Source: Octopus sinensis
Taxonomy: Eukaryota
DNA: 64,000 nucleotides
Direction of reading: 5' to 3'
Assembly: GCF_006345805.1 (NCBI RefSeq)
Contig: NC_043002.1
Coordinates: forward strand, 52,266,001-52,330,000
Under the pieces are notes generated by a model. That model saw only the letters and a list, made by a program, of their open reading frames with translations. It had not been told where the DNA came from and did no database searches. Numbering within the stretch: position 1 is the first letter of the stretch; every line of letters begins with the position of its first letter. Shown piece by piece: positions 12,401 through 25,339 of this stretch. The translations under genes were made by a program, and so were the position numbers.

Positions 12401-12995
12401 TTGGTTGGCATCCTTTCTGTCTCGGGAGACAATGGAGTTGCGCATAAAGTAGTCTAGTCCGGCTTTTATATTTCATGTCCTGATACATTTCCTGCTGTGG
12501 CTGTGTAGTCCTACTGGACAAACACTCCCTCTGGCAGGTACCGCAAATGTAGCGAAGACTGTTCCTGGCTGGTTGTAATGCCATAGTCTCTTGTTGACGT
12601 CTCTTCTTTTCTTTCCATTTCTCCCCTCTCTCTCTGTCACTCCTTTGTATTCCCTCTTTTACGGTACGTCGCCATTCTCCACGGTTGCCAGCAACTGCCT
12701 CCCAACCGCTAATATTGATGTTGCAGGCCTTCATGTCCCTTTTGCAAACATCCTTGTAACGTAAGATCGGTCTACCTAGTACCTATTACCCCTAGCAAGC
12801 TCTCCGTAGAGTATGTCCTTGGGGATTCTGTCATCTTTCATACGGCTAACATGCCCAAGCCATCTCATACGTCTTTGTGTGAGGAGTGCAAACATGCTTG
12901 GTATTCCTGCTTGCCTGAGGACATCTTTGTTGGGGATATGATTCTGGCATTTGATGCGGAGGATTTTTCGGAGGCAGCGCAGGTGAAAGATGTTA
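12401..12995 (-). mobile_element. RTE-clade LINE 3' end inserted into a SINE
   Basis: FHLRCLRKILRI..LLTQRRMRWLGHVSRMKDDRIPKDILYGEL..GRP.LRYKDVCKRDMK..WRRTVKEG..YICGTCQREC, then a short 3'UTR ending (CCAA)2. Confidence 0.9.
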
Positions 12996-13025
12996 ACACT
13001 AATATTAAAAAATATTAACATTTAT

Positions 13026-13100
<75 letters not shown>

Positions 13101-13119
13101 GTATGGTGCATACATACAT

Positions 13120-14100
13120 ATGGTGTTTGCTCTTTCTTCACAGCTGCTTGCGGTCTTTCTGAGCTTCCTCGTTCTCAATGACATTTCTGACATTCCGTCC
13201 ATGACCTCTCAGATGAGTATTCAGTCCCGCTGCAGAACTGTATGGGTTGAAGCATAGGTGACAGATATTGTAACTTCCAATGGATTGATCGGATCACTTT
13301 GTGAGATATGATTTCCGTGAGCCGTCTCTTCAGACCCAAAATCCACTTGCAAACCCTTTCACACACTACACACGTTGAATCACCCGGTCTGGGAAGAAGA
13401 ACGTTGTATACAGTTGATATTTCAGATGAGTGACATACTCAGCCTTTGAAAGGCTGGGTACATGTTTCACCCACCCCCAACACTTTATATTCTCATTGAG
13501 GTACTGGTGATAGCCCCTCCGAAGCCAAATATTTTGACTTCGTGTTCAAGACGATTCTTGTGCTCAAGGCGACTCTTGTAGTACACGCTTCCCTCATTCC
13601 ATTCTTTCCAAAGCTAGTTCTTCCCGGTTCTTTACACTGATCTGCAGTTTCTTCAGATTGTCCTTTATGTAGGTTTTGTACGTTTTTTTTTTTGAAGTTT
13701 GTGCAGAGGACGGTTTCCTGTGCACAGATCACTGGAGAACAGCTACTTTGAAATCCTGTTATCATCCATACACATTTGAGGTGGTATGACGAGTGACTGT
13801 ATGACTGTGCATCCTGCTTTTCCAAGGACATCCTGTGTCAGGTGCTTTATTTTGCTATTTGATGTTGAGTATGTATCTCAAGCATTTTTGATGAACGTAC
13901 TCATGCAGCTTGAGATATCCATGTTTCAGGAAAGTATAATAGAGCCGTTAGTATGCACGACTTGTAAACGCTCAGCCTGGTTTGTTGGTGATGCTGTAAT
14001 TTTCTCAAACTTTCTTTCCAAGTTTCTCAAATGCTTTCTGAATGCTTATTGAATTTCCGCATTTAGGGGGCCATTTTTTGACAACATGCTGCTCAGATAA
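13120..14100 (-). mobile_element. Decayed RTE-clade LINE
   Basis: Remnants YLSSML, HQKCLRYILNIK, MDDNRISK*LFSSDLCTGNRP and C-terminal CVVCERVCKWILGLKRR. Confidence 0.6.
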
Positions 14101-14228
14101 AAATAAAAATGTCAACTACACCCAATCATGTACTATATACTACGATATTTAAGTTGACATACGGTTCGCCTGGTGCGATGAACCTTCCATCCATCCATCC
14201 GTCTGTCCGTCCGTCAGTATTTATATAT

Positions 14229-14826
14229 AAGGCGGCGAGCTGGCAGACACGTTAGCACGCCGGGCGAAATGCTTAGCGGTATTTCGTCTGTCGTTACGTT
14301 GTGAGTTCAAATTCCGCCGAGGTCGACTTTGCCTTTCATCCTTTCGGGGTCGATAAATTAAGTACCAGTTCCGCACTGGGGTCGATGTAATCGACTTAAT
14401 ACCTATGTCTGTCTTTGTTTGTCCTCTCTATGTTTAGCCCCTTGTGGGTAATGAAGAAATAGGTATTTCGTCTGCGTTACGTTGTGAGTTCAAATTCCGC
14501 CGAGGTCGACTTTGCCTTTCATCCTTTCGGGGTCGATAAATTAAGTACCAGTTACGAACTGGGGTCGATGTAATCGACTTAATACCTATGTCTGTCCTTC
14601 TTTGTTGCCTCTGTGTTTAGCCCCTTGTGGGTAATAAAGAAATAGGTATTTCGTCTGCGCTACGTTATGAGTTCAAATTCCGCCGAGGTCGACTTTGCCT
14701 TTCATCCTTTCGGGGTCGATAAATTAAGTACCAGTTACGCACTGGGGTCTATGTAATCGACTTAATACCTATGTCTGTCCTTGTTTGTCCCTTCTGTGTT
14801 TAGCCCCTTGTGGGCAATAAAGAAAT
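14229..14826 (+). mobile_element. Family-A SINE with two additional head-to-tail ~185-bp units (tandem trimer)
   Basis: Head aggcggcgagctggcagacacgttagc, B-box-like gagttcaaattcc, core gcctttcatcctttcggggtcgataaattaagtaccag (Meta-domain-like, from memory). The unit restarts at ~14462 and ~14645. Confidence 0.9.
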
Positions 14827-14896
14827 ATGTATTTATATATATATGTGTTTGTGTGTGTGTGCGCGCGCGTCTGAATCCCCTACATATATATATATA

Positions 14897-15273
14897 TCTC
14901 TCTATATAAACGGCAGTTTGTCTGTGCGTTTTCTGTGTGTCTGTTTTCTCGTACCCTCACTCTGACCACGGCTTTCAACCGATTCTGATGAAACTTGACA
15001 CACACATAGCCCAATGTCATAATTCAAACTAACGCAGCGAAAATTTTGAAAAGTTCCCCTAGTTCTGAAAAAAATCGATAAATTCGACATGGGTCGAGAA
15101 TCAAAACCCAAACCACAGACCGTCTAGGGGACGCAACTCCACCTTTTTTAACTCTCAAAAAAAATTTACCATCATTTTTTTTCCATTTTTTTGCTATTTT
15201 TGGCTATAACTCTCTAAAATGCTTTATAGTTATTTCCCTTACAAACCTGAGCAACGCCGGGCGATACTGCTAG
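14897..15273 (+). mobile_element. Non-autonomous Helitron
   Basis: Starts 5'-TC and ends with a GC-rich subterminal hairpin (cctgagcaacgccggg) then CTAG-3'. Inserted between A and T in (TA)n with no TSD. Confidence 0.75.
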
Positions 15274-15305
<32 letters not shown>

Positions 15306-16329
15306 ATATATATTATATATATATATAAATGTGTTTGCATATGTGTGTAATTTGTGTTCATGTGTGTGTCGAGACTTGACAGTACTGACGTCCATTAAAA
15401 CGAAAGTACTCAATATCGAATATAATATGTCAAAATATATTAAAACTGAAATAGCAAATTTCGCGACTGTGTCTCAGACCTTTCATACCCACGAATGAAA
15501 TTTGAGTAAAGATACAGGAAACAGTTAATAAGAAGAATATTTGAATGACGAAAACAAAGAGGAAGCATTTCATTGGATGCATGTGTAAAGTTGCAAACGA
15601 AAAAAAAATTATTGGATGCATGTGCAAGACAGAACCAAATTAAATAAATAAATATAAGTGAAATATACAAATAACGGTATAATGCAGACGTATTAATTGC
15701 AGATATTTTAGGCCATTTACAAAACATCATTCACATTTCAAATAGGAAAAAAAGGAAAATAGAACGTTATATTTAGAAAGAAAGTAGTAAGATTGTAAAG
15801 CCAGAAAGTGAGTAATAATAGACTACGTACGTGCGTATGTACGTACGTACGTACGTATGTATGTATGTATGTATGTATGTATGTATGTATGTATGTATGT
15901 ATGTATGTATGTATGTGTGTGTGTGTTGTATGCATGTATGTATGTATGTATGTGTGTGTGTTGTATGCATGTATGTACGTATGTATGTATGTTCTTTTCT
16001 GTTTTTAATCATTTTCTCCCTATGAAGAAGGAACAGGTTTCTAATTGGTGAACTGTTAAAAAAATATTGCATATCTGTATATTCCGGTTGCACACACACA
16101 CACACTCGTCTATGTCATCAGCTGTCATATAGGTGAGACCTAGATATTTTATTGAAGTAACAATAACCATTTAATGTGAGGATCAAATTAAAACGTCGAC
16201 CTTCTGAGCGGAACCTTATTTTTTACGCAAAATTCTGTTTGAGAAGTTTCTCTGAACCATAATATTACACCTAGTACTGTTCGACGTTTGTTTACACATT
16301 GTAAATGTGTTTACACACAGGTATACACA

Positions 16330-16562
16330 CCTATTTCTTTATTACCCACAAGGGGCTAAACACAGAGGGGACAAACAAGGACAGACATAGGTATTAAGAC
16401 GATTACATCGACCCCAGTGCGTAACTGGTACTTAATTTATCAACCCCGAAAGGATGAAAGGCAAAGTCGACCTCGGCGGAATTTGAACTTACAACGTAAA
16501 GCAGACGAAATACCGCTAAGCATTTCGCCCGGCGTGCTAACGTTTCTGCCAGCTCGCCGCCT
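16330..16562 (-). mobile_element. Full-length family-A SINE, near-identical inverted copy of 14229-14462
   Basis: Reverse complement matches throughout. Flanked by acacaggtatacac duplications. Confidence 0.9.
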
Positions 16563-16799
16563 TTATACACAGGTATACACAGGTATACACACCGGTATAC
16601 ACACCACGCATATGAATTCATATATATATAGGGGAGTGTGAGTGAGTGACTGAGTGGGTATGTATAGAAGATGTATGCACCTATACTAAATTTATATATG
16701 TATTTTTAATGCATACATACACGCAGAAAAAGAAATCAACCAACTGACTCGCACATTACAAATAGAATCTCTAAGTGGAACAATAAAACTATACAAGTC

Positions 16800-17490
16800 T
16801 TTCCTCAGGTTTAAATTGTGACATTGTTTTCGTTATGTACATTCCAACGATGGAGCGTTTTATCTTTGTTAGACACCAATTCCGTCTTCAAAGAGAAGTT
16901 GCTTCGCAGTTCTGGTGTCACTCATACATCTAAGCTGTATTTGGATGAGGATGGCTTCACTATCAGATATGTTGCATTTCGGTTGCAACTTATTGTTATT
17001 AATATGGTTTACTGGTTTTCTTTGCTGGACATAGTACGCAAGCATCGCATATGAAAAGTGTCAAGCTGGTTGATATGCTTTCGGTACAGGGTCCCAGATT
17101 CAACACTATAAAGCAATGATGTCAAAACCACATCGACTTTCACCTTTAACGATACCTCATGGCTGTTGCAGACCCTATGGTAAAACTTACCGAAAGTGGA
17201 ACTAGCCTTCCCGATTCCGGACTGAATTTCTTTATCCATCTTAGTATTATTGGACACAATAGAACCATTGTGTCATTGTGGTCTTGTGGAACGGAGCAAA
17301 GCAGGCCTTACCGTCCACTCAAGAGAACACATAGTAAATGATACACAAGCACTCGAGCAAACTGAGTCCGCAACTTGTTCCTTTGCCAAAAGGTTTGCAA
17401 GACACCAATAGACCTCAAGAAGCACATGCGTCTCCATAGAACATGACTATTGCTTTACTTCACTCATTTATCGTTCAAGACGAGAGAATC
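16800..17490. mobile_element. Decayed RTE LINE with inverted 5' part (16800-17270 minus, 17280-17490 plus)
   Basis: Minus: DKEIQSGIGKASSTFGK..VVLTSLLYSVES..LDTFHMRCLR. Plus: C-terminal zinc-finger remnants (SKAGLTVH; C..CQKVCKTPIDLKKHMRLH) and a tail before (TA)n. Confidence 0.65.
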
Positions 17491-17491
17491 C

Positions 17492-17549
<58 letters not shown>

Positions 17550-18440
17550 GTGTGTGTGTGTGTGTGGTGTGTGTGTGTGTTGTGTGTGTGTGTGCGCGCG
17601 GATACAGTTATGCTGTGTTTATGTGAACTGCTCATCCAGTTGTGAAACAAACTTTTTATTTCCCTAGACAACGACGCAGGATCTACGTGGTTACTCTAAA
17701 TGTTAGAAATAACAGCCAAATCATCAAGTCACCCACCCTGTCGTCTTAAGAAAGATATACATTTAATACAATAGTTCTAGATATTTTGTCCGAAAGAAAA
17801 AAAAAAATGAAGGCAGGATGATCATATTGGTAATTCTTTTGATCATAGATCTGTTGAATTAAGGCCGAACGTTGAATAAAATTACATCAGCAGCAATTTA
17901 TCTTTTGTCTTATTTTTTAAGATCACTTTCATTACTCCATGTTTATGTTCCCCAACCCCCGAGCTCACGCGTCTTCTTTGCGAAGCTCGGATGTTTTTTC
18001 TTGTTTATATTCCCCATCTACTATTCAGAGTATAGACCTTTGTGGTCATTAGAAACAGATTCTACACTTTAATCACGTTCAAAATCAGTACTGTATTGAA
18101 GCGCTCTTTGAGTTTATGCAAAGACCGTTGTTTGAACGTTTTTGCATATTTATATCACTTCTTCCTCTCACATTATCTAAATTTTATCTTTCTCCCGCGT
18201 CGGTTTGATAAACCAGTAAGATAGCTCTTGTATCATTCATGCTGGCTATAAATTTTAAGACATCTCGCTCTATTATCTTGTTCATTCATCTGCTTGCTGT
18301 TGAGAAAAATTTGATGTTTGTTTATATGTTCAGATTTGGCTTACATTTGAAATTTCATATGATGTAACATTTACATTAAAAGTGCTTCACATTTATTCGC
18401 TACTATTCAAAATACTTACAGTAAAGACTCTAGCTTCATA

Positions 18441-18515
<75 letters not shown>

Positions 18516-18517
<2 letters not shown>

Positions 18518-19405
18518 TAGTCTTATTTTTTATCACGCGCTTTCTCTACACTACCGAGTGCAGCTCTGGGAGCCTTGGGAATGTGCTATGGTTTGAATTG
18601 GCGCTAGTATTTTTTCTGTATCGAAAGTTCTTAACGTAGGATGTGTACTATGCCTAGCAGTGCTTTTTCCTACTTGTTATATATATTCGTAAGTCCTTGT
18701 GTTTTAGTTATGTATACGTCTGTATGTTTTTAATTATACCCAATGCACCTATTATTATAGGGATTATTTTTGTTTTCAGTTTCCACATTCGGGCTATTTG
18801 TATTTCCAGATCTTTGTATTTCAAGAGTTTTTCCGTTTCTTTTAGAGATACATTGTCATTTGTTAGGACTGATATGTCGATTAGGAGGCACTCTTTTCTT
18901 GGTGGTCCCTGACAACAATCTATGGTATATTAACCTTGATCTCTCAATTTGTGTTTATTGGTATATCCCAGAGTATGGTTTCTTTGTCCTTTTCTGGGAT
19001 ATGCCTATACCATCTATTTTCGGTTGTTATTCCATAGTGTTGGCATAGCTTCCAGTGTATGTAAACCATGCTTCGACCCTTCTTTTTCTTTCCACTGTCT
19101 TCAATTATGACTTTAGTGAAGAATAACTGATCCTTATGGCTGTATGAGCCTTTGCAGCATCCTCTTAGCTCTTCTGGAAACAGCTTATTTTTCTAGGTGT
19201 CTGCCAATTCTTCGCGATATTATTGCATTTAAGGCTTTGTAAGCAGTAGGGAGACATGTTATGGGTTTGTAGTTTCAGTAGATTTGGGAATTAGGATGGT
19301 TTTCCCTTTTGTGAGCCATTCAGGTATTGTCTCTGACCCAGTTAGCATCTCATTGAACTTCTCTGCGAGCGTCTTATGCATCCTCCTTAGATATTTTAGC
19401 TAAAA
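18516..19405 (-). mobile_element. R4/Dong-like LINE fragment (REL endonuclease and 3'UTR) ending in (AAT)n
   Basis: Minus: ..KYKDLEI....MWKLKTKIIPIIIGALGII....KALLGIVHILR. The tail abuts the 18440-18515 (ATT)n array. Confidence 0.8.
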
Positions 19406-19459
19406 CTTGGGGATCTTGTCGTCATCATCATCCTCCTCATCATCATCATCATTTTCTGA

Positions 19460-20050
19460 GTGCTCGATCTTATTTGCTCTGGTAGATTCTGTGAGAGCGG
19501 ACTGCATCCTGCTGTCAGAAGTCTCACAAAATCTCTTTCAGGACATTATAAGCTTTGATACTTGGTTGTTAATTATCGTGAGAGACATTTAACATCCAAG
19601 TACCAGTCTCAAAATCCTAGCTGTCCCCAGCAGCGCAGTTTTTGGGCTTGCTCTGCTCTCATGTCAATTCCGATTTCTTTGACATATTTCTCGAACTTGG
19701 TTATTAGTGCTCCGAGTGCCCCTATAACTACTGGAATGACAGACACAATCTTCACAGTCCACATTCTTGCGATTTCAGTTTTTACTAGTCTGTATTTTTC
19801 AATCTTTTCTAGTTCTTTGTCACTTATGCGTGCATTACCAGGTATTGCAATATCTATAATTTTGGTTTCCTTTTTTACCCTAATCTACCACAACAATATC
19901 TGATCTCCGAGCCTCGATTAGGGAGTCACATTGGATTGTAAAATCCCACAGTATCTTATATTCCATGTTTTAATGACTCCTTCTGGTTCATGTTCGTACC
20001 AGGTCTGTGCTCCGTTCAGGCCATACTTTTCACATAGCCTCCAGAGTATG
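19460..20050 (-). mobile_element. Second R4/Dong-like LINE fragment (REL domain)
   Basis: Minus: KILWDFTIQCDSLIEARRSDIVVVD..TKIIDIAIPG...KELEKIEKY..EIARMW...VIPVVIGALGA, a PD-(D/E)xK-type REL endonuclease. Confidence 0.85.
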
Positions 20051-20065
20051 AACTAACCCTAACCC

Positions 20066-20127
<62 letters not shown>

Positions 20128-20135
20128 CATTATTA

Positions 20136-20599
20136 TTGAGTGAGAGAGCAGTGCATGCCATCAAAGTGACACTACAGTAAAATATACAAAGCCCAGTATA
20201 CCCATCATGACTACCCGTCTGATAAGGGTACACCAGGCGCATGCATCACAACCATATGTGCGCGACATGGTGATCTCATATCAAGATAAGCAGCACATGA
20301 CCTTGCAGGTGGGGGCCCAGTTAGAATTTTCTTCTGGTCTAGTAAGCCCATCCAACTCAAAAGGTCCCTGAATAAGGATTGTTTAAGGATGTTGAACGGA
20401 CTACCCATGTTTCCAAAGGTGAATTATCCAAATCTTCAAGAATTCCTTTCAACACACGGCTATGATGCTCCCCACTACTTCTGCTCATGATCAGAGATGC
20501 ACATGTCGTCAGCCACTAAGGGACTTGGTCAACTGGTTACGGTCAAATTACTGACAAGCAAATCTGTGGTATTGAACAGAATATTTGCTGTAGCCCATC

Positions 20600-20600
<1 letters not shown>
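20136..20600 (-). mobile_element. Non-autonomous (AAT)n-associated retroelement, copy 2
   Basis: Reverse complement of 3835-4228, flanked by (ATT)n on both sides. Confidence 0.75.
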
Positions 20601-20638
<38 letters not shown>

Positions 20639-23219
20639 TGGTGGCGTATTATCGTTGAAGATCTTATATCGCTAATATGAGATTTTAAACATCCATTTAA
20701 ATTTAATGATATATAACATTAGCACTAATTCATAATTCCTGACAGGAGAGTAGTTACACATTAATTGGTTAAACCCAGCATATCACTGGTATTTATTTAA
20801 TCGACATCTTTGCACTCGACTGAACGAAAGACAAAGTCGATTCTAGCGGTCAAATCTGCCAAATCTCTCTCCAGCCACACCCATTTGTCTTAAATGAAGA
20901 CAACACACATTGGACAATGAAGTCTCTGATATACAAAATGACTTTTAATCAGAGGTTTGCTTAACGAAGGACAACGGGGGTGGGGGCTAAACGGCAGTAG
21001 CAGGCACAACCGAACGGCATTGCTCATTACCTCAATCAACAGAAGTATTCTATAACCAGTAAATATTTCAGCAAGCAGCTTGCAGTCCATTTTTTTCTGA
21101 AGAGAAACCCGCTTTAGGATTAGATATATCTTGGGAAATGATGGATTTTTCCAAACTGATTTGGCCTAGATATGAAATGTGAAAAGCCATTCTCAACCAC
21201 CGTCACAGTCACAGCTGCCGCCACCGCCACTGCCACCACCACGACCACAACCACAACGACGACGACGACCACCACCACCACCGGTACTATCAGCGACACC
21301 ACCACATTGAATTGTTGGAATGTTTTTAGGAAATATTCGGCTGCTATATTATTTTTCAATAAGCTTATCCGTTTCCGGGCGTAGATTGTAATGACTGTCA
21401 AATTACACCAGGAAGTGTATATTAGGGTGATTTCGCGAAGCTTTCTCGGCAAAAGCATGAGGCTCACAACTTTGCTTTTCAGAGAAAGAAAACCGAGTTT
21501 TAATGTTCATATATTTTCATGTGTTTACGTCTTCGTATAATTATGTACTTTTATATAATATTTACGTATTTTTCAATGGAAATTAAGAAATAAAACAGTG
21601 ACGATGATGAAGAGAAACTAGTTTACACATTTTGCAGAGTCGCTTTCAGTTTTATGTTAATCGGGTGAGTTGAGCTATATTATTACGTAGTTAGCGCCAG
21701 CAAATGGAGCTGATTTGGTTCGACTGTAATACTGTTTCATATCAATGACTTTCGACTTGTTTTAACACCATCGATAGGATCTCAAATATAAGATTAGTGT
21801 GCTATTAAACTGCTTTGGATGAAATAAAACAAAAGATAAACGTTTCGTTTCATAAATGGTCAAGTTATTAAACTATCAAATCAAAAAGTTTCTGTATATC
21901 CTTAAGAAAAAATAAACATTCAGTCATTTGAATTGATAGAAATATTTTACTTGCAATTATCCCCAAAGGGATAAATCATCATTCGTGGGAATGAAATTCA
22001 GTATTGTGGCTTATAGGGATCTAGATGTTTGAGTAGGTAGAGTATTGGGCAGTCGGTTGCCTGTAAACTTATGAATATGAATCTCAGCGGATTACTTCAC
22101 TTAGTTGCAAATCAGATTTTTATTTGATGCAGTGCTTGACTCGTGCAAGCAATATCAGTTGCGATTACACGGCAACATTAACTAGTATGGACTGTGCTTG
22201 GGTGTGGCTAGAAAATATGAATTTGTATCTTTGTGGCCTAATTAACAGTCTACAGATGATTATTTTTTTTCTGGTTATAAAAATGTCAAGTAATTACCGT
22301 GATCGTCAGTGGGAAATCAAATTAGTGTAAAGCAGCTAATGTGATTTACTGGTGTTCGTACCATAGCCATCTCGAGGGCAGATAGCGAAGTGGATTATGT
22401 AGAGGGCCACCTCTTCACAATTGATAATCTCGAATCCGTTACAAACATTTCGTTGTTTCAAAACAGCAAGTTACAGTCTGCATTGTATCTTTTCATCTAA
22501 TTGTTGTTATTACTGTTGTTGTTTGGCTTTAAGATCAACTTTGATTGAGCAGATCTATAATCGAACATATTCCAGCTGCAACCATCCTGTTCAATTAGGT
22601 ACATCGAGGATTTTATTAACCAATGATTTCCGCCCTAGTTTTTTGGACAATAAGGATGTTTTTTGAGAATTTTGGCTGCTATTTTTGTAGCAGGCTGATC
22701 GATAACATAGTTTCCCTCTTCTCATGAGAATGTTATCTACGATAAATTATGCCTTATCTAGAAGCGTACCGTTATCCCTCATCTAAACAACGTCATATAA
22801 TCGGGTTTTCTGGTTTTAAATGTCATTTATGATGCAAAATATTTCACAAATTTTTAGATAATAATCACATAGTTTTCCCTAACTCGACACCACCGAGACT
22901 TGGATTCTGCATTTCAAACGATATTTGTGACAATCGATTTTTCCAGACTTTCTGGGATGGGGGTCGCGTCTTTTCCGTTGCCATGTAAAATTCTCTCTTA
23001 TTACTCAAATTCATAACAATGCTGCTTTCTTTTTGTTTTTCTCTTCAGGAATTCACTGTTATTTCAATGCAAAAACAATCAGATTGAGAGCGATAAAATA
23101 TTAAAGTCAGTTTTCAAAAAAATAATCAATGTCGAAGACACAATCTATTTTCAAAGATTTGCCAAACATTAATTTGATTCATACAACAACCAAAATATTT
23201 AACAACAGAAACATTTAAA

Positions 23220-23880
23220 TATTTGTTTCAAACTTTGGTAGAAGGCCTGCAATTTCGTGGGAGGCGGTGAGTTGATTATATTGACTGTTACTTATTTTAT
23301 CGACTCCGAAAGCATAAAAGTCAAAGACAACTCTGGCGGCATTTTGACTCCGAACGTAGAATCGGAAGAAGTGCCGCTAAACATTTTTTCCCGATGCAGT
23401 AACGATTCTGCCAGCACACCGCATTAAAAACATTTAAATATTGGTTTCAAATTTTAGCACAAGGCCAGCAGTTTTAGAGGAGGAGTACGTCAGTTACATC
23501 GACTCTAGTATTCAAACGGGTACTTATTTTATCGATCGCCGAAGTGATGAAAGGCAAGGTCGAATTTGGTGGAATTTGAACACAGAAGAAACATGTAAAT
23601 ATTAACATATTTATAATTGTATCAAACCTTATTACCAAGATTATTTTTGCCGCTTCTTAAAGGCGATGAGCTGGTAGAATCGTTAGCACTCCGGATAAAA
23701 TGCTTAGTGGCATTTCGTCTGTTCTTACATTCTGAGTTCAAATTCCACCGTGGTCAACTTTGCCTTTCATCTTTTCGGGGTTGATGAAATAAGTACCAGT
23801 TGTGGACTAGAGTCGATGTAATCGACTTACCCAACTCTCCCGAAAATTCAAGCCTTGTGCCTATAGGGGAAAGGATTATT
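23220..23880. mobile_element. Family-A SINE cluster, two minus copies then one plus copy
   Basis: Minus 23220-23425 and 23440-23590; plus 23660-23880 (ggcgatgagctggtagaatcgttagc...gcctttcatcttttcgggg). Confidence 0.75.
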
Positions 23881-24152
23881 ATTGTCGCTTCTGTGACTTT
23901 GTAGATAAATGTGTTTGTAAGCAGTGGTATACATACAGATGGCGGTTTCAATCTCTACCAGATATCACAAAGAGGTGTTATTAAATATTTAAAATACCAC
24001 CGAGATCGACTTCGCCTTTCATCTTTCCAGGATCGATAAAATAAGTACCAATTGCCGAACCGTTAAGTTACGGGAACATAAACACACCAACATCGGTTGT
24101 CAATCGATGGTGGGGGGGGGGGGAACAAACACAGACACAAACATACACACGC

Positions 24153-24234
<82 letters not shown>

Positions 24235-24362
24235 TTACGGCGGGTTTCTTTCGAGTGGCACCTCGGCGGGCAAGTGCGTTCTACTATAGCCTCGAGCCGA
24301 CCAAAGCCTTGTGAGTGAATTTAGTTGACGGAAGCTGAAAGAAGCCCGTCGTGTGTGTGTGT

Positions 24363-24429
<67 letters not shown>

Positions 24430-25017
24430 ATATATATATATATACGCACGCTCGAATGGATAGGGAAGCAGGCAGCGACAAAATGTGATTGGTTGATGAG
24501 CGGGAAAGATGGTGAGTGGAAGCGTCGTGTCGTTTATTATGCATATACGGCTTCCCAAGTTTTTGAATTTAACTTAGGTGAGTGGACAAAATCAAAATCA
24601 TTTCTCATGAAAGAATTCAGAAAACGTTAACTCACCAAACTCCGTTCTACATTTATTATACTTCTACAATGTACAAACTATTTCAACAAGTTTTTAATAT
24701 AATCCTAAATAGTATTTAATTGCAAAAATATAATTGGATTTTTAAAAAATGGAATGGCTCTCATGGTCCACCCGAATAGAATAGGAACCAAATTCATACA
24801 ACTATCCAACTGTCAGGTACTTTGCTTGTAGTGTTCGCAACGATACATATATTTTTAAATGCGGCTCTAATTTGAGAATGAGCCATAGTTTATAATTTTG
24901 GGTTCTATATTCTTTCAGAAGCGTCACATACCCAGCAGTAAAATCAGGATTCTTGTCCTTCCTCTTCTAACATATTAAATATCCAACGTTTTCAAGGTAG
25001 CAGTTTATTTCACTGAA

Positions 25018-25339
25018 ATGAAGGCTCATGGCTCAGTGGTTAGGGTATTCGGCTCACGATCGTAATGTGTGGATTCAATTCCCGGAGGCGCGTTGTGTCC
25101 TTGAGTAAGACACTTTATTTTACATAGCTCCAGTTCACTCAGCTGGCAAAAATGAGTTGTACCTATATTTCAAAGGGCCAGCCTTGTAACACACTGTGTC
25201 ATGCTGAATCTCCCTGAGAACTACATTAAGGGTACACGTGTTTGTGGAGTGCTCAGCCACTTGTGTTAATTCCACGAGCAAGCTGTTCCGTTGATCGGAT
25301 CAACTAGAACAATCATTGTCGTAACCGGTGGAGTACCAA
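25018..25339 (+). mobile_element. Family-C tRNA-derived SINE with TSD
   Basis: A box tggctcagtgg, B-box-like ggattcaattcc, core gtgtccttgagtaagacac. TSD tttatttcactgaa (25004-25017) / tttattccactgaa (25340-25353). Confidence 0.85.

Noticed and set aside
14229-14826. Regularly spaced repeats resembling a CRISPR array
   Set aside because: The whole ~185-bp unit repeats with no unique spacers; it is a SINE multimer in a eukaryote.
17870-18435. Possible hAT transposase remnant (also piggyBac-like at ~24640-24920 and Penelope-like at ~39900-40230)
   Set aside because: Only a few scattered residues match; too decayed to call without a profile search.
21172-21384. Thr-rich mucin-like ORF (similar one at 53283-53570)
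   Set aside because: ACC/ACG microsatellite.
23020-23110. Strong polypyrimidine tract + CAG acceptor at ~23048
   Set aside because: Downstream sequence has no SLC6 similarity and no convincing donor; cannot support an exon without RNA data.
25018-25090. tRNA-like A/B boxes here and at other SINE heads
   Set aside because: No complete cloverleaf; they continue into SINE bodies with TSDs.
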